A stretch of DNA of 64,000 nucleotides. Origin: Dipteris shenzhenensis (lineage: Eukaryota). The DNA lies in the NCBI GenBank assembly GCA_047967505.1, contig CM106538.1; one strand, given 5' to 3'. A program made the position numbers and the translations under genes. The stretch's first letter is position 1, and each line of letters starts with the position of its first letter. Below the pieces are notes generated by a model. It was not told the DNA's origin. It ran no database searches and saw nothing but the letters and a program-made list of their open reading frames with translations. Positions 26,127-39,603 of this stretch are shown in pieces.

Positions 26127-27525
26127 ACCCCCACATTCTTGAAGATATGCATGGGATCCAAGAGATGATTGATTTGTAATTGACCCAAACAAGGAAGCTC
26201 GTGAAAGAGGATAGCCTCTTCATACCAAGAGGAGGCTCCTCTCCATTCTCCCTCCAAGCCTTAATCCAGTCACTTGCCTTCAAAGATGGTGGTGGTGGAT
26301 CAAGCTGGTCTTCACGTGCAAGATGGTCCAACAAAAGGTATCGAGCATGACCTTCATAAACCATTTTCCTCATTTGTTTGGAGTGTCATATATGCAAGCA
26401 CACTCAGACCCTTCCCACAAACATGATAAGCATGGTACCAACTTATTGCAAGTTTTGCATGCATGCATGAATGTGTTAGTATAAGACATATGCTAGAAAG
26501 AGAGTCATAAAAGTATCATTATACATGTAAAGATACAACCACGTACCTATGCACTCTCAATATCCTAGGTAGTCATGCATGGTCCACATTAAGATTCCCC
26601 TGACCAAAATGTCATTTGGTATGTCTAGGAGCTCTGGAAATATCAAAGACCCGTATGTCTCTCCATAAGATCTGTAACTCCTCTATCAAAGGTGCCACGT
26701 ACACATCCATATTTTTGGCCTTGTACTTCCCTAACACAAGTAGTGCAAGCATGAGGTGTCCCTTATTTATTGTTATCCATGGTGGGATATTGTAATTCAC
26801 GAAGACTATAGGCCATATCGACCAAGATGTCAAGCGTAACCCGAAAGGGTTCACAACGTCCATGGCAAGCCCAAGATGTAAGTTGCGTGGCTCCCTCGCA
26901 AAGTTTGTCCACACTAATTATTTATGTGCTTCCAAGCAACACAATCTGCAAGAATCCTCAATGTGTCATAAGTGGACCAATGTGTAGCATGCACCAAGTC
27001 ATCAACTCTGCTATGGATTCACATCAGAACATGTGATACATTCTAGCAATGATGGAAAAGTGTCTCAAGGTCTTTACTGGGATCTGATCACCTTGCAAGT
27101 CATCTCTATATCGTTGTTTCCCACACTACGGACAACTAACCAAATCTGCACGCTCACGACGAAAGAGAATACAATCATTATGACAAGGCATGGATGGTAT
27201 CATAATCCACACCCATCGTTGTCAGCATCTTCTTCTCTTCATCTCTTGATGCAAGCATGGTATTTGGTGTAGGCAACATCTTCTGGAGCAACTCATTACA
27301 ATTCAAACATACATATGCTTCCAATAATGAGAAACTATGATGATTCTCAAAACAATCAAGATCCAAATTGAGATAAATTATGTGCTAATTTCATTAAGGC
27401 CAAGACACTTGTATCGAACCACCCATACTTTGTTTATAGATTTAAGATTGAGAGACAAGCCCATAGTTTTGACATCCCAGCACCCTCATATAACCGTGTT
27501 GATTGCAACTCTCGCACTTAGTGCC

Positions 27526-27779
27526 CTCGGGGGGTGCACTACTAAGAAACCCTAAGTATCACATGCGTTCAAATGGTATTAAAAAAACCCCTCAAGTAAA
27601 ATTTCTCCCACAATAAAAATACTCCTCTTTACTTATGACCTAAGTGATTTTTTTCAAAAATCGAATTAAAAAGCCCCTCTTGTTATTGTAATCCTATTAC
27701 ATTTTTTCAAAAAGTTTGATTAAAATAACCCTCCTTTTGAATGCATGTGGTACATAATTTTTTTAGGTGAACTCCCGAG
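27526..27779. mobile_element. MITE with 8-bp TSD inserted in the CACTA-2 transposase
   Basis: Ends CTCGGGGGGTGCAC / GTGAACTCCCGAG, TSD TTAGTGCC / TTAATGCC. Absent from the homologous site in CACTA copy 1. Confidence 0.75.
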
Positions 27780-28999
27780 TTAATGCCCCTAAAAATAGAA
27801 TCCATCATGTCCACCATACCCTATCCGAGAGACTACTCTCTTGCTCAAAGTGTGAAGGTATACGCACGCTCTGCCATGCTCCTCAACTTGCCTCAAGGTT
27901 TTGTGTAAAAAATGCATGCAATATTAGTCATGAACTTAAATAGCGTTGACTTACCGATAATCCATCACCACCACCAATGGCTGATACTGGTGTGGGCTGC
28001 TTCCCATCCAGCCACAAGTGGTGCATGAAAATACAGCGTTGATGTCATACTTCTCACTTGCAATGAGTGCAAGGACAATACAACCTCTCGATAAGCCACT
28101 CCACACTCTCGAGCTTTGGCATACCATCTGACGAGCTTCCCCTTCCATCTATACACCTCTAAAATCACAACACAAAATGATTACAATCCAGTCAAGATAC
28201 AAAAGATAGCTTATTGTTAGTTTTTATGCTCTATTCGTCAGTATATACCAACTTTCAAGGATACATAGAGTCAGTATATATTGATTGTTTGGAAACAATA
28301 CAGTGTCGGTATATATCGACACTGTAGCGCTAAAATGCCAAGATCCACATGGCCACCTCTCACAAATCTTTCGCAAAAAAACCCAAAGCCTTTCCTCCTT
28401 CCTCACCTTCGACAACCTCACCTTCCTCCAACCTCTTTCCCACAGTCCTCACCCCTACCCAGCCCCTCTCCTAACACTTGTGCTCCCTCTCCACCCTTCT
28501 ACCTCTCCTCATGTGAAAGGTCCTTTTCCAAGAAAGTGTGTCTATTTAAACAATGTAGGTTTTTTCCTTCCCCATTTTGTTTTATGAGTGTTAAAGCATG
28601 TTTCTCCTTGCATTGCTAAGACCATGCACTCATTTTCATGCTTTTTTTTCAGAGTTGAAGGACAAAAAACGAGATTTTGTGAAGGAAAGAAGGCTCACCT
28701 CATTTTTTTGGGTATTTCTCATGCTTTTCCTTGCTTTGCTTGCTTCGGGTGTTGTTTTGCGTCTCCTTTGCTTCTCCTTGTCTATCCTTTGTTCTCACGG
28801 AATGGTTTATTGCCCTCTTCTCCTCTTCCCTTGGTTTTGCATGACTAAAAGGAAACCGGCCAACCCTCAACCCTAAACTTTCAAGTAAGTCATATCACCC
28901 CTTTTGTTTGTATTTTTTAATTTTGTTTTTCCACGGAATTCTCTGTGAGGCATTTGGGGTTGCAAGTACCATCTAATTACTCTTAAGCATTTTCCCTCT

Positions 29000-30560
29000 T
29001 TCCCTATTTTACTCACGTTGCCCTCTGATTCCCATATACCTATCACATTCATAAGCATATGCATATTCAAATGCTTATTATGCATATACTTATGCATATG
29101 CCTGATGCCTTTGCCTTACCTTGCCTTGCCCTCTTCCCCTATCCTATCACTCATAAGCTTGCCCTTGCCTAAGCATATGCTTGCCTTGCTTTCTTCCCCT
29201 ATCCTATCACTCCTAAGCATTTTTCCTCTTTGCATTTCTGATGCCCTCTTTCCCTTGCTTATGCCCTGAATTCCCCTACCCTCTTACACTCATAAGCATA
29301 TGCATTTGTAAATTCAAATTTTTATGCTTATGCATGAGCATATGCTCATATGCTCATGCATATGCATATAAGCTCACTCATAAGCTCTCTTCCCCTATCC
29401 TATCACTCCTAAGCATTTTCTTATGCCCTCTTTCCTTGCTTATGCCCTCTTCCCTAATTCCCCTACCCTCTCACACTCATAAGCATATGCATTTGCGTAT
29501 GCAAATGCTTAATATTCTTATGCATGAGCATATGCTCATCACGAGGGATTCACGAGTAGTAATAAGGAGACGTCACCTACGTGCAATAAATATATGAAAA
29601 TTCCCCTTATCGACCTCTATTTATAGGACCTTACCTTATAAAATGTACCTTCCTTCCCTTATATAACCCCCCTCCCTTACACTCACGTGGTACCATACAA
29701 TAAACCCTAGTGGACCCCTTGGGATGCTCATATGCTCATGCATATGCATATAAGCATAAGGATAATCATATGCTTTCCCTCTCCCCTATTTCACTCATAA
29801 GCTCTCTTCCCCGATCCTATCACTCCTAAGCATTTGCATTGCCCTCTTTGCCTTGCTTATGCTCGTATGATCATGCATATGCATATAAGCATAAGCATAA
29901 TCATATGCTTTCACCCATAAGCCCTCTCCCCCTATCCTATGACTCCTAAGCATATGCCTTCTCCCCTATTTGCCCTCTTGCCTTCTCTTATGCCCTTTTC
30001 TCTAATTCCCCTATCCTATCACTTATAAGCTTTGCATATGCATATGCGAATGCTTACTATGCATATGTCCTTACATATGCATGATGCATATTCCCTTGCA
30101 TTTGCATGATGCATTTGCAAGATGCATATGCCTTGCCCTCTTTCCTTCCCTTATGCCGTCTTCCCTTATTCCCCTATCCTATCACTTATAAGCTTGCTCT
30201 TGCCTAAGCATATGCATATGCAAATGCTTATTATGCATAAGCATATGCATATGCATGATGCATACGCCCTTGCATTTGCATGATGCATATGCCTTGCCCT
30301 CTTTCCTTCCCTTATGCCATCTTCCCTAATCCCCCTATCCTATCACTTATAAGCTTGCCCTTTCCTAAGCATATGCATATGCAAATGCTTATTATGCATA
30401 AGCATATACATATGCCTTTGCATTTGCATGATGCATTTGCAAGATGCATATGCCTTGCTCTCTTGCCTTCCCTTATGCTCTCTTCCTCTAATTCCCATAC
30501 CAATCACACTCATGATGCATGTGCTTCATATACTCGTATCCATATGCATTTACATATGGT
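29000..30560 (+). repeat. ATGC/CT-rich degenerate tandem array in CACTA copy 2
   Basis: Recurrent CCCCTATCCTATCACT and GCATATGCAT blocks. Confidence 0.85.
29540..29723. mobile_element. MITE with 8-bp TSD
   Basis: Ends CACGAGGGATTCAC / GTGGACCCCTTGGG, perfect TSD ATGCTCAT (29532-29539 / 29724-29731). Confidence 0.8.
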
Positions 30561-33129
30561 CGTCTTCCCCTTTATCTCATACCCCTATCACCCCTCCCTT
30601 TCATGTACAAATGCCATACAAGCAGCTCTTATTTGTGGTTGTGGTAGGGTTCCTCCTTCTAGCCATAGTCCTATCATGCGTGTGTGGAAAGTTGTTACGG
30701 TTGGCTATTAGGAGAGGCACAAGCAGTGTCTATGTGAAGATGGGTGAGGTTCGATTGACACGACACACCACCCACACCTCATCGCGGGGAGATCCGCATG
30801 ATTGTCTTTCATCAGAGCGAGCTCCACGTGCGGCACTGAGACATCTCCATTGATGATGCTATTGCCATGTTCTCCTTTGCTTGTACGTTTGTAGATTTGA
30901 ACCGAGAGCAACTAACACCGTATATAACGTAAACTATTTTTTGACAGTTATTATGGACAATGTACAAATTAAACCTTGTTTTTTGGGACAATGTATCTTA
31001 ATTATGTGAATGCATATTGTCCTCTTGCTTGCATGGATGCATAATTTGATATGTTTTTTATTTATTCATGTGCATGTAATTGGTATTAACTTGTTTAATC
31101 ATACTAATTTTATTTGTGTTTACCCATCCCAACTGCAGACCATGTCCTCTTCACGTAGCTCCTCCCCTTCCAGGGCATCCGAACCACTCATGAGTCCTAA
31201 GGACTTCATGAATTCGATGAGTGCACCTGACCTTGAGACATTTTGAGGTCTCATCGAGTCTCGAATAGCCTCCTATTGTCCCTCTCCTTTAGGAGGGCTC
31301 CCCTCCGGAGGAGCGTCTGGGTTCACGACCACACAAGCATTGCCTGCATACTCTTCTCCTGATCATCGACAGAGGCATTCCAAGAAGGGTGGCAAGGGAT
31401 CCTATTTGGGACTAGGTGTAGCAGCAGATGTGGTTGAGCCCACCCACTTTGATCCCTACCCTTCACATAGGGTATGACAACAACCTCCTAGGAAGAGCGC
31501 AAAAGGCTCTAGCTCCTGTTGTGGTCTGGGTTGACATATAGGAGATGCACATGAGCCCATGGAGGAGGTTGTTCATGACCTTCCCCGCTACGATGCGGTA
31601 TCGATCGCCACACTATTCTACAAATGATGCCCATCACTCCATGCACCACCGACACCACCGCTTCCACCCCTACCTCCACCCCATCTGCTACTCCCACGCC
31701 TAGCCTTAGGGAGGATCAGATCATCTCCCACCCGAGGACCTTTACTATGAGGTCACTATGGGTCGAGAGATCGTAGACAATAAAAAGGGGATGCAAGTGA
31801 TTACCGCCATGAGGTGGTTGATGAGCCACCATTTCAAGAAGAGCATATTCCTTGACTCGTGGCACCAAGATAACAACAAGGAGGCAGTCTTGGAGGAATT
31901 GAAAAGAAAATTCCCTAACCCCCCCAAATATGAGTTTGATGAGGACTACATGCTCTCGTGCATGTGTGTTGCTTGAAGTGTCACAGGTCATAGCTGCGAG
32001 ATGCCATCCTGGGCGAGGAAGCCTAAACACAGCCGGGTGGATAAAGGTGACTAAAAGCAAGTGAAGAAGGAGCTGAGGGACATGCTCACAAAGTTTTACA
32101 ATCAGAAGAAAGCTGCAAGAAGACGACTGGACACCGTAGGTGCTTCGCACCTTGGCAGTGGTGAATAGGTCGAGGGCTGGAGGCATGGGTGGTAAGTATA
32201 CTTCTCATTTAATTTATTGTTCTATTTGTTTTATTCTATATTGCATGCACTTTATCTAACTCTCGTAATTTGGGTCCATAGGAATTTGTGATTGGTCACC
32301 TTCCCATGGACAAAGAGCACAAATCCACATTCCACATAGGAGCGAGGGCATGGTTCTCTAAGATGGAGGCACAAGGATGATTGGGCTGCGGTGGTTGCTC
32401 ATGGGGTATAAGTCTACTCTACTTGTAATCTCACTTTTTAAATTGTTTTATTCTTTAAGCTCCAATCTAAGGGTGCAATATCAAACATCCGATCAGTGGA
32501 GGCGAGCGGTGGCAGATCTCAGGGGATTTGGCATAGACATCGATGAGGGACAGGGTTCAAGCAGAGGTCACGAGGGCCAGGGATTATACACTTGTATACA
32601 AGGAGGGCAAGGATGATGATGACAATGATGACGATGACGACGAGTCAGATGAGCAGTAGTAGTAGTAGTAATATAAGTAGTAGTTTGTATATACTTCAGC
32701 ATGTATATGCTTTTGTCTGCTGGCTAGTTAGAGCAATTTTGTATCACCCTTTTTGAAAGGTAAATTTGGTAACAAAAAAGGTTTGAGAGTTTTTATCTTG
32801 CATGTTTGATTGTAAACATTCTTTTGTAATGCAAAAAAAAACCATTAGTGGGGAAAAATGGGGCTACGACAAGCCCTTTTTACCCCACAAAATTTTGTGT
32901 GTGTTCTGTTAAAGGTCGATATATACCGACTGTTATTTGCTTACAAATTCGGTATATACTAACCTTTATTAACACTACCAGAGTCAGTATATACTGATGA
33001 ATTTATACTGACACACATTTTCGACCCTAATCTCGATGTAATTACCAACTTTTTTACCCTTTAATTAAAATTTTATTAATGTAAAAAAGGTCGGTCTTTG
33101 TGTCAAAAAATGGCCTACAACTTGTAGTG

Positions 33130-33436
33130 ATGTTGATCACGAAAATACTGCACGGTAAACCTCAACACCGTGTGGTACTTTGCTTGGCATACTGCATGGT
33201 ATAGGCTCATACCATGCGGTATCTAGCATGCCGCATGGTACCGTGCTATACCGCATAGTATATCCTAGGTTGCCACGTGTCATAACCAGGACCATCAAAT
33301 TTTTTAGGGCAATAATTCAAGGCCATTGAGCTACCATGCAGTAGCTCGACATACCACACGATAGTTTTACGATAGGTTTTAAAAAGGTCGCTTCTTGCAT
33401 TTTCTTTGTAAAAACACTATTTGAGTTGTCATTTTC
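33130..33436. repeat. Array of TACCGCATGGTA-like palindromes, probably the subterminal region of another DNA transposon
   Basis: Repeated (T)ACCATGCGGTA / CCGCATGGTA motifs. No partner end was identified. Confidence 0.4.
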
Positions 33437-33582
33437 ACAGAGTCAAGATTTTGGATTTTCACTTCTTCTTTTGATGAGTTTTTTATTTTTACAAGCTCTT
33501 TTGGTGTCTATTAGTTGGGCCAGGTGATGGCCCGCCTTGGTTGGTCGGAATCACCTTGCCCTGGCTGACTGTAGGATGTGTA

Positions 33583-33619
33583 AGAGAGAGAGAGAGAGAG
33601 AGACAGAGAGACAGAGAGA
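33583..33619 (+). repeat. (GA)n microsatellite
   Basis: Direct reading of the sequence. Confidence 0.9.
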
Positions 33620-34349
33620 TCTTTGTGTGTCCGCTAGAGGCCAAGAGATGACCCACTTTGACCAGTCAAAATGTATTCTTGCATAATAAAGATCGCATTT
33701 ACCAGTCGGTTCCCCCTACTTCAATCTACTTATATATAATATTCATTTATGTATTATTTATATACATAAGTGTAAATCGAGCCAAATTTTATCTAGATGA
33801 TGGATTACTTTTTACCGGTCAGTTCATCCCGATAACAACCTTTCCCAACTAGATGTGTGATAAGCAAAGCTAATCGAGATCATCTTGGTTATGCATGGGG
33901 AGGTGCATGCTTATCAACCTCCTTATGTAGTTTATGACCTTCCTCCCTTGATTATCCTCTAAAACTTTCCCAATGCATTCATGAGGTAGTAGTGGTCCTC
34001 GAGCAAAACATAATCTCAAGGATGTGTGGTGGAGAGAGTAGCGGAGCCAGAGCACAGAGTGGGAGTAGTAGAGGTAGAGTGAGGGGTGTATGGGGTGCTG
34101 TAGCGAGATGGGCCCTAAACTAGCCGAGTGGTTGAAATTGTGACCGTGTCCCAAACCAGCCCGGTTATTGATATTGTGACTATCCTAAACCAAGGCGATG
34201 GTTGAAATTGTTTTGTTTCGCTAGTACCTTATTATATATGATTGTATTAAACTAGCTCGGGGGTTGAAATTGTTTTGTTTTCCCATAGGTTGATTAGTTT
34301 AATTAGACCATGATTTTGCACATAGTGTATTTTGTTTTGTTTTCCTCAT

Positions 34350-35937
34350 AGTAGTGCAAAAAGGGGACCTACATGTTGGGTCAGCATGGATTTTATCTCA
34401 ATTTTATGGATTAGAATCCTGACATTTAAATTGGGCACACAAGCTTTAAGCATTGGAAGCCTTGGTACATCAAAAAACTCAAAGACATGAATTTTTGTTG
34501 TTGCCAATTTTCCACACACACATAGGCTTTGACCTTTGTAGGCAAGCTTTGAATGACTTGAGATCTGGTCGTATTGGAGCATTGCTCCCTGGGGATCAAT
34601 GTCAATGTCTCCCCGATGAATGTGCAATCTATAGGCCACCTGGATCCTCATCATGTGTCCCAAACAACCACTGCGCTTGTTTCAAGCTGATAACAATTCT
34701 TGTGCATATCAAATACAATCATTTGCTTGATTCGTCTACAATTGATGCCAATCTATTTGTATATCTGACTCACAAGAGTCTAGGTCAGTGCAACGGACAT
34801 ACCATTTCTACATTTCAGATGATGATAGGGAACATGACACTTAATTTGTGCAGCATGCTTTTCTACTGCATTGGGAATGGATGGAAAAAGAAAATCCCCA
34901 TGCAAAAATATAAAACATTGGGTGTGGTGAGATGGTGCTGCCTCTCAATTTAAGTCAGCCCATGTTCTACTTTGTTTGAATCCCTGAACAATCTAGACAT
35001 GATGTGGAATTTCTTTGGGTCTAGCCATGGCAAGGGTGAACATGATGGATGTGGTGCAATTATTAAGCAAGCTCTATTTAAACACCAATTAACATGCCCT
35101 CAAGAAAAGCTCAATGATGCCCATGATGCTTTATGGCTTACAACCAACCTCTCCATAGGTGTGCATTCAACATACAATAAACAAAACCCTTAAGAATAGT
35201 GTAGTATGCAAAGTGTTCCATGAAGTGAAAGTGGATGAAGTGCAAAGGAGAAGCCGACATGATTTGCAAGAAAATTAAAGGAGCTCATGGTTTGCATAGC
35301 ATATGGGTCTTTTCAAACAATCACCTGATCAAAACAACCATATGGGTCTTTCAAACAACCACCCAATCAAAACAAGAAAACTTTCTTGTTTTTGCAGTGC
35401 ATGCATCATAGGGGATCATGAAAATTGTGAGAACATTGCAACTGTGAAGACATGGGAGCGAGTTCAAGTTCTCCTTCTACGTTCAAATGGAGTGAAAAAG
35501 AATGGAGAGACAAACAACGACTCTCTATAGTTTGGGGAGAGTCTTGATGACCTCACTAACTATCTAGAAGAGAGGGATAACTTTGCAGTTGCTATTGCCT
35601 TTGGGGAGAACAAGGAAGATGCCCATACTTTGTGTTGTATTGCACAAAATCTAAGCACAAGGTTGAGGAAGCATTTAAGGATGATTAGGGAACAACCTAG
35701 AAGTGGGATGTAGTAGTTTAAGCCTTTTGGTACAAAAAAGCATCCAAAAGAGGGCACAATTACGATCTATTACATTAAAGTCCTGAAACTTTTGTTTACT
35801 CTCATTTAGTAAGAGCTATTAAGTTCTAGATGCATCCTATTCCACAAGGAAAGAAGGGCAAGAGTGTCTTAAAATTGGATTTAGACACACATGAGCACAT
35901 CTTGGGGTGTCTTGGAGTAGTGGACAAGGATGACTAA
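34350..35937 (+). pseudogene. Sola2-like DDD transposase remnant
   Basis: Across frameshifts: YHFYISDDDREHDT*FVQHAF, HWVW*DGAASQFKS, WNFFGSSHGKGEHDGCGA and RKLSCFCSAC. The DGAASQFK...HGKG..DG pattern is what I recognise as Sola2-type. Confidence 0.7.
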
Positions 35938-37099
35938 GATAGTACTAAGAAAATGTAGTCTCATTGTTGCAAGGAAAAAATATTACACTTATACTAGAAA
36001 ATGGAAAATGTATTTGAGACAACACTTCTTTTAATAAATCCCAAACTAACAACCACGCTTGCTTTTGTATATCCCAAATGATAAATCCCATGCTTGTTTT
36101 TAGTATATCCCAAACAACAACCGTGCTTGTTTTATTAAATCCCATAACCAATCCACAAATCCTAAACAAATGAATTCTATGCTCAGATGTGAATAACAAT
36201 CAAAGACTTTTAAGTATTAACATGAAATTAGGTTAACACAAAATCAGGTATTACAACCACCATGCTATTATCCTCCCTCTTCTCCAGGTTTGGTTCTCTG
36301 CAGAGGTCATCCAACAGTGTTCTCAAATAGAAGATGAGCATTCCCAATTCTTTTGGGTATGCGATAGATTTGCAGTAGGTGGGTCAGTCTACAGAGTTTT
36401 GGGGCTAGATTTCAAAATGGGATCTTAGTTGTGTTTACATTGCACTTAAATGGGAAGAGAATTCATTGAGCTTGGCCCTCTCATTCTTCTTTCATACAAC
36501 CTGACATGTCCCTTTTGCCTAGGTGGGTAGTCTTCTATGTTAGTGTGTTGAAACTCTAGAATCACAAATGCATGGGGTGATGTCCAAACTTTAGAATCAC
36601 AAATACATGGAGTGATGTCACAAGAATCTATGTGAACTCCTAAGCAAATGTAGTGTAAACGAATCCTAAATCATTAGGGGAGAATTGGGGTCTCCAAAGG
36701 GCCCCCAATTAGTGTTTCCTAATTTCAAGGGATTAGTGAGGTATTTGAGGTGTACCAATGGGAGTGCCCCTTTTTGTGGGGCAATGCCATGTTGAGGTGG
36801 AGGGTGGGTAGACAGCCCCTATTGGCTACTCCTCTCACACCGGGGACCACTCAAACCACCCCCCCCCCCCTCAACCCATGCTTGACCCTTCTCCCATATG
36901 CACCTCCCCCAAACAAACCTACAAGTCATTCAAGAGGCAATGGGCCCTTTTGGGCAAAATTTTCCCCCCTCCCAGCTTGTTACAGGCCTGCCTCCTCCTC
37001 TTCTCTGATTCTCCCTCCATTTTTCAAATGTGGGAATGCATTTGGCATCTTCTCTGCCCCCTCCTACTCTGGTCCACTGTGTTTCTCCCTCTCCAGCAC

Positions 37100-37330
37100 C
37101 TCCCATAGCAGCTGCTCATTCTCTCTCCACTCCTAGCTACAACACCTCCTACAGCAGCTGCTCATCCCCCTCTGCTCTTTCTTCCTCCATTCCTAGCCAC
37201 AGTACCTCTTGTAGTGGTTGCTCATCCCTCTCTGCTCTTTCTCCCTCCATTCCTAGCTACAACACCTCATGGAGTAGTTGCTCATCCCCCTCTACTCTTT
37301 CTCCCACATTCCTAGCTATAGCACCTCTTG
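37100..37330 (+). repeat. ~60-bp minisatellite (about 4 copies)
   Basis: Period-60 units ACCTC..AGC/TTGCTCATCCC.CTCTGCTCTTTCT.CCTCCATTCCTAGC. Confidence 0.8.
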
Positions 37331-37456
37331 GAGCTTCTCTCAAGCTTCAATTGCACCCTCTATACCTTCTCCCTCTCTCTCCCTCTATCAGAGCTACTCT
37401 CTCCCTCCAAGCTGCACTTTCTAGTCCACTATTGTTGTTGTGACCTTTGTACAAGC

Positions 37457-39603
37457 ATGGTGAGGAGACCATACATGTACTGTGTGTCCCACAGGAGCAA
37501 AAATGCACTGGGTGAATGGGTGCCTTGCACCTACAACTTGAATGATTGGATAGTCATGAGAGGATCTACTAAGGGTCCACATAAGCTTCCCAAGAGCAAA
37601 AGAGGTCATCTTTTGCATGAATGGAAGGGCCGCATCATGAAGTTCAAGCTTGGGAAGAAAGGATTGCTTACAAAGGTGCAACACATCTACATGGGGAAGG
37701 GCATGCACTTTCCTCCATCAAGCAATCAATCGACAATACCATTGCATTGTAAGTCTACATATTGTGTAATATTTTGAAGTGTAATGAGTCAACTTGAAAT
37801 TGTATTTTGAAATAGAACCAGTGTAATGAGTCAGTCTGAAATTGTATTTTGAAATAGCACTTGTGCATAGCAAATGTATTTCCTTCAGACTTTGAGGAGT
37901 GGAAACCAGTCGAGTGCTTCTTAGGTAAGTGTACTACCATTCATGAGGATTTAGGAAGGCAAATGCATGCTGGAGAGAAGTCCTCTACTTTGAAATAGAG
38001 AAATATCTATTGGTATAATGCCAAGTACATTACTCCAAGGACGGCATCAGGCTATGGCCATCTTCAATGCATTGCAACACCACAACTTGAAGACATGGAT
38101 TGCAGCATGGTGGACACAAGAACAATGCAATCATACAAGGAAAAGATTGCAAAGGATGTGGGCATGGCCATGAAGTTTACATTTGGCTCTAAATGGGTAA
38201 GGCACGTGGGTAGGATAAGGTTGCCATGTGGCACAAATTTGGCCAACCAAACCCAACCCAAGTAAACTTTAATGTACCAACGTACTGGAGGCGGCCAATG
38301 GTCTAGGTGTAGACTGTCGACATACTCTCATTTGTCCTGAAGCACAAGAATGGTCTCCATTCGGTATTTCCATGTACCATAATTGGAATTGTCTAACTTA
38401 GCAGATGCCTCCAGATTGAGGTTGCTAGTTGACATGGTGCAAAAAATGTACTCAAAAAGTGTCCTGAAAATATCTGTATGAATCAACTGCAAATACACTG
38501 AAGATGCCAAGTGAAATCTCTATACCGTCAGTGAAGATAGAACTGCAGTATATAAAATCTGATCTGTGTTACAAGGCTTGTGGCAATGATGCTGGGAATA
38601 GCCAAGAGGCTTTACAAGGCTGAGATGATGTGCACGATGCCATGAGATAGCCAAATAGGCTTTACAATAGTGGCATGTGTGTGTGAAATCAAGTGCTATC
38701 TACCCACTGAATCAATCTGCAATGCCTCTAAACTCTGAAGTCTGCTCACTGAACTGATGAACATAAGATTTTAGGTAATGTAATGATGTAAAATCAGATG
38801 TGAGCATATGGACTGACTCCGAGTAGGTACTAGTCGAGAATTTCGGGCATGGCTTAGATTGGCAACTTGGGAAAATTCAAAGCGTCCCCTCTATGGCAAT
38901 CTAGTCTACTCTGATCTAGATCTAAACCAACCGTTGATCGATGAAAAAACAACAAATAATTCCTTTTCTCTTGTTCTTTGTAAGTGTTGGGTCAGATGCA
39001 TCAATGTAGAGGCAAATGTGCATGAAGGAAGTGGTTTTGTTGGTGAGGCTCAAATTTGAGTGTAACTTGCACCAAAATGTGCATATGACCTCTACACATT
39101 TTTGCTTCTTGTTTTCATAATATCCAGATGCACAGAACAAAAACCATGTGGTCATGCAAGTGCCTACATGGGAATTCCCTTGAGGAATTGCTTGGGGTGA
39201 ATTGGGGAAGCAGGTTAGGTGAACAAAAGGGTGATCTGTTTCAATGCCATGTATGTAAGGACAATGTGGTTGTCAAGTACCACATCTCTCGCCAAATGTT
39301 ATATTTTGCTTTCCAATATGGTGCTGGAAGAAAATACGTAACAATTGGCTCCCCCTTGACTCTAATGATGATGATAATACAAGGGTAAGTTTATGTATTG
39401 GTTCTCATTTAGGAGATGTTAAGAATGTGACTATCACATCACATTGGACTCTCAGGGACATGCAAGAACACCTATTGGTCATGGAGGATGGCATGTCTGA
39501 GTCCTTTCACTTTACCTTAAATGGTGAAAAGGTAGGAAAGTGTGCAGAGAAGCTCGTGCATAGTGCCACTTTTATCCCTCCTGCAATATTGAAGATTGTC
39601 TAG
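37457..39603 (+). pseudogene. Transposon cargo gene with an N-terminal BAH-like domain and a possible C-terminal ubiquitin-like fold
   Basis: ATG at 37457. A GT..AG intron at 37749-37870 keeps the frame: TYNLNDWIVMRG..WKGRIMKF..VQHIY..VFPSDFEEWKPVECFLGKCTTIH..IYWYNAKY. The last exon (39413-39603) reads VKNVTITSHWTLRDMQEHL..FHFTLNGEKV. The gene is interrupted by a Copia fragment. Confidence 0.55.
38290..38435 (-). mobile_element. Copia gag N-terminal fragment inserted in the cargo gene
   Basis: KLDNSNYGTWKYRMETIL (DUF4219-type Copia gag start). Insertion boundaries are not resolved. Confidence 0.7.

Larger units (their letters stand above)
26127..33129 (-). mobile_element. CACTA element copy 2, left end deleted
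   Basis: The transposase remnant at 26127-28160 is homologous to 6157-8350. The right terminus GTCAAAAAATGGCCTACAACTTGTAGTG (ending 33129) matches the copy 1 terminus, and a second ORF lies at 31140-32620. Confidence 0.9.

Noticed and set aside
27537-27545. CACTACTA as the left terminus of CACTA copy 2
   Set aside because: It lies inside the 8-bp-TSD MITE within the transposase. The true left end is deleted at the ~26126 junction.
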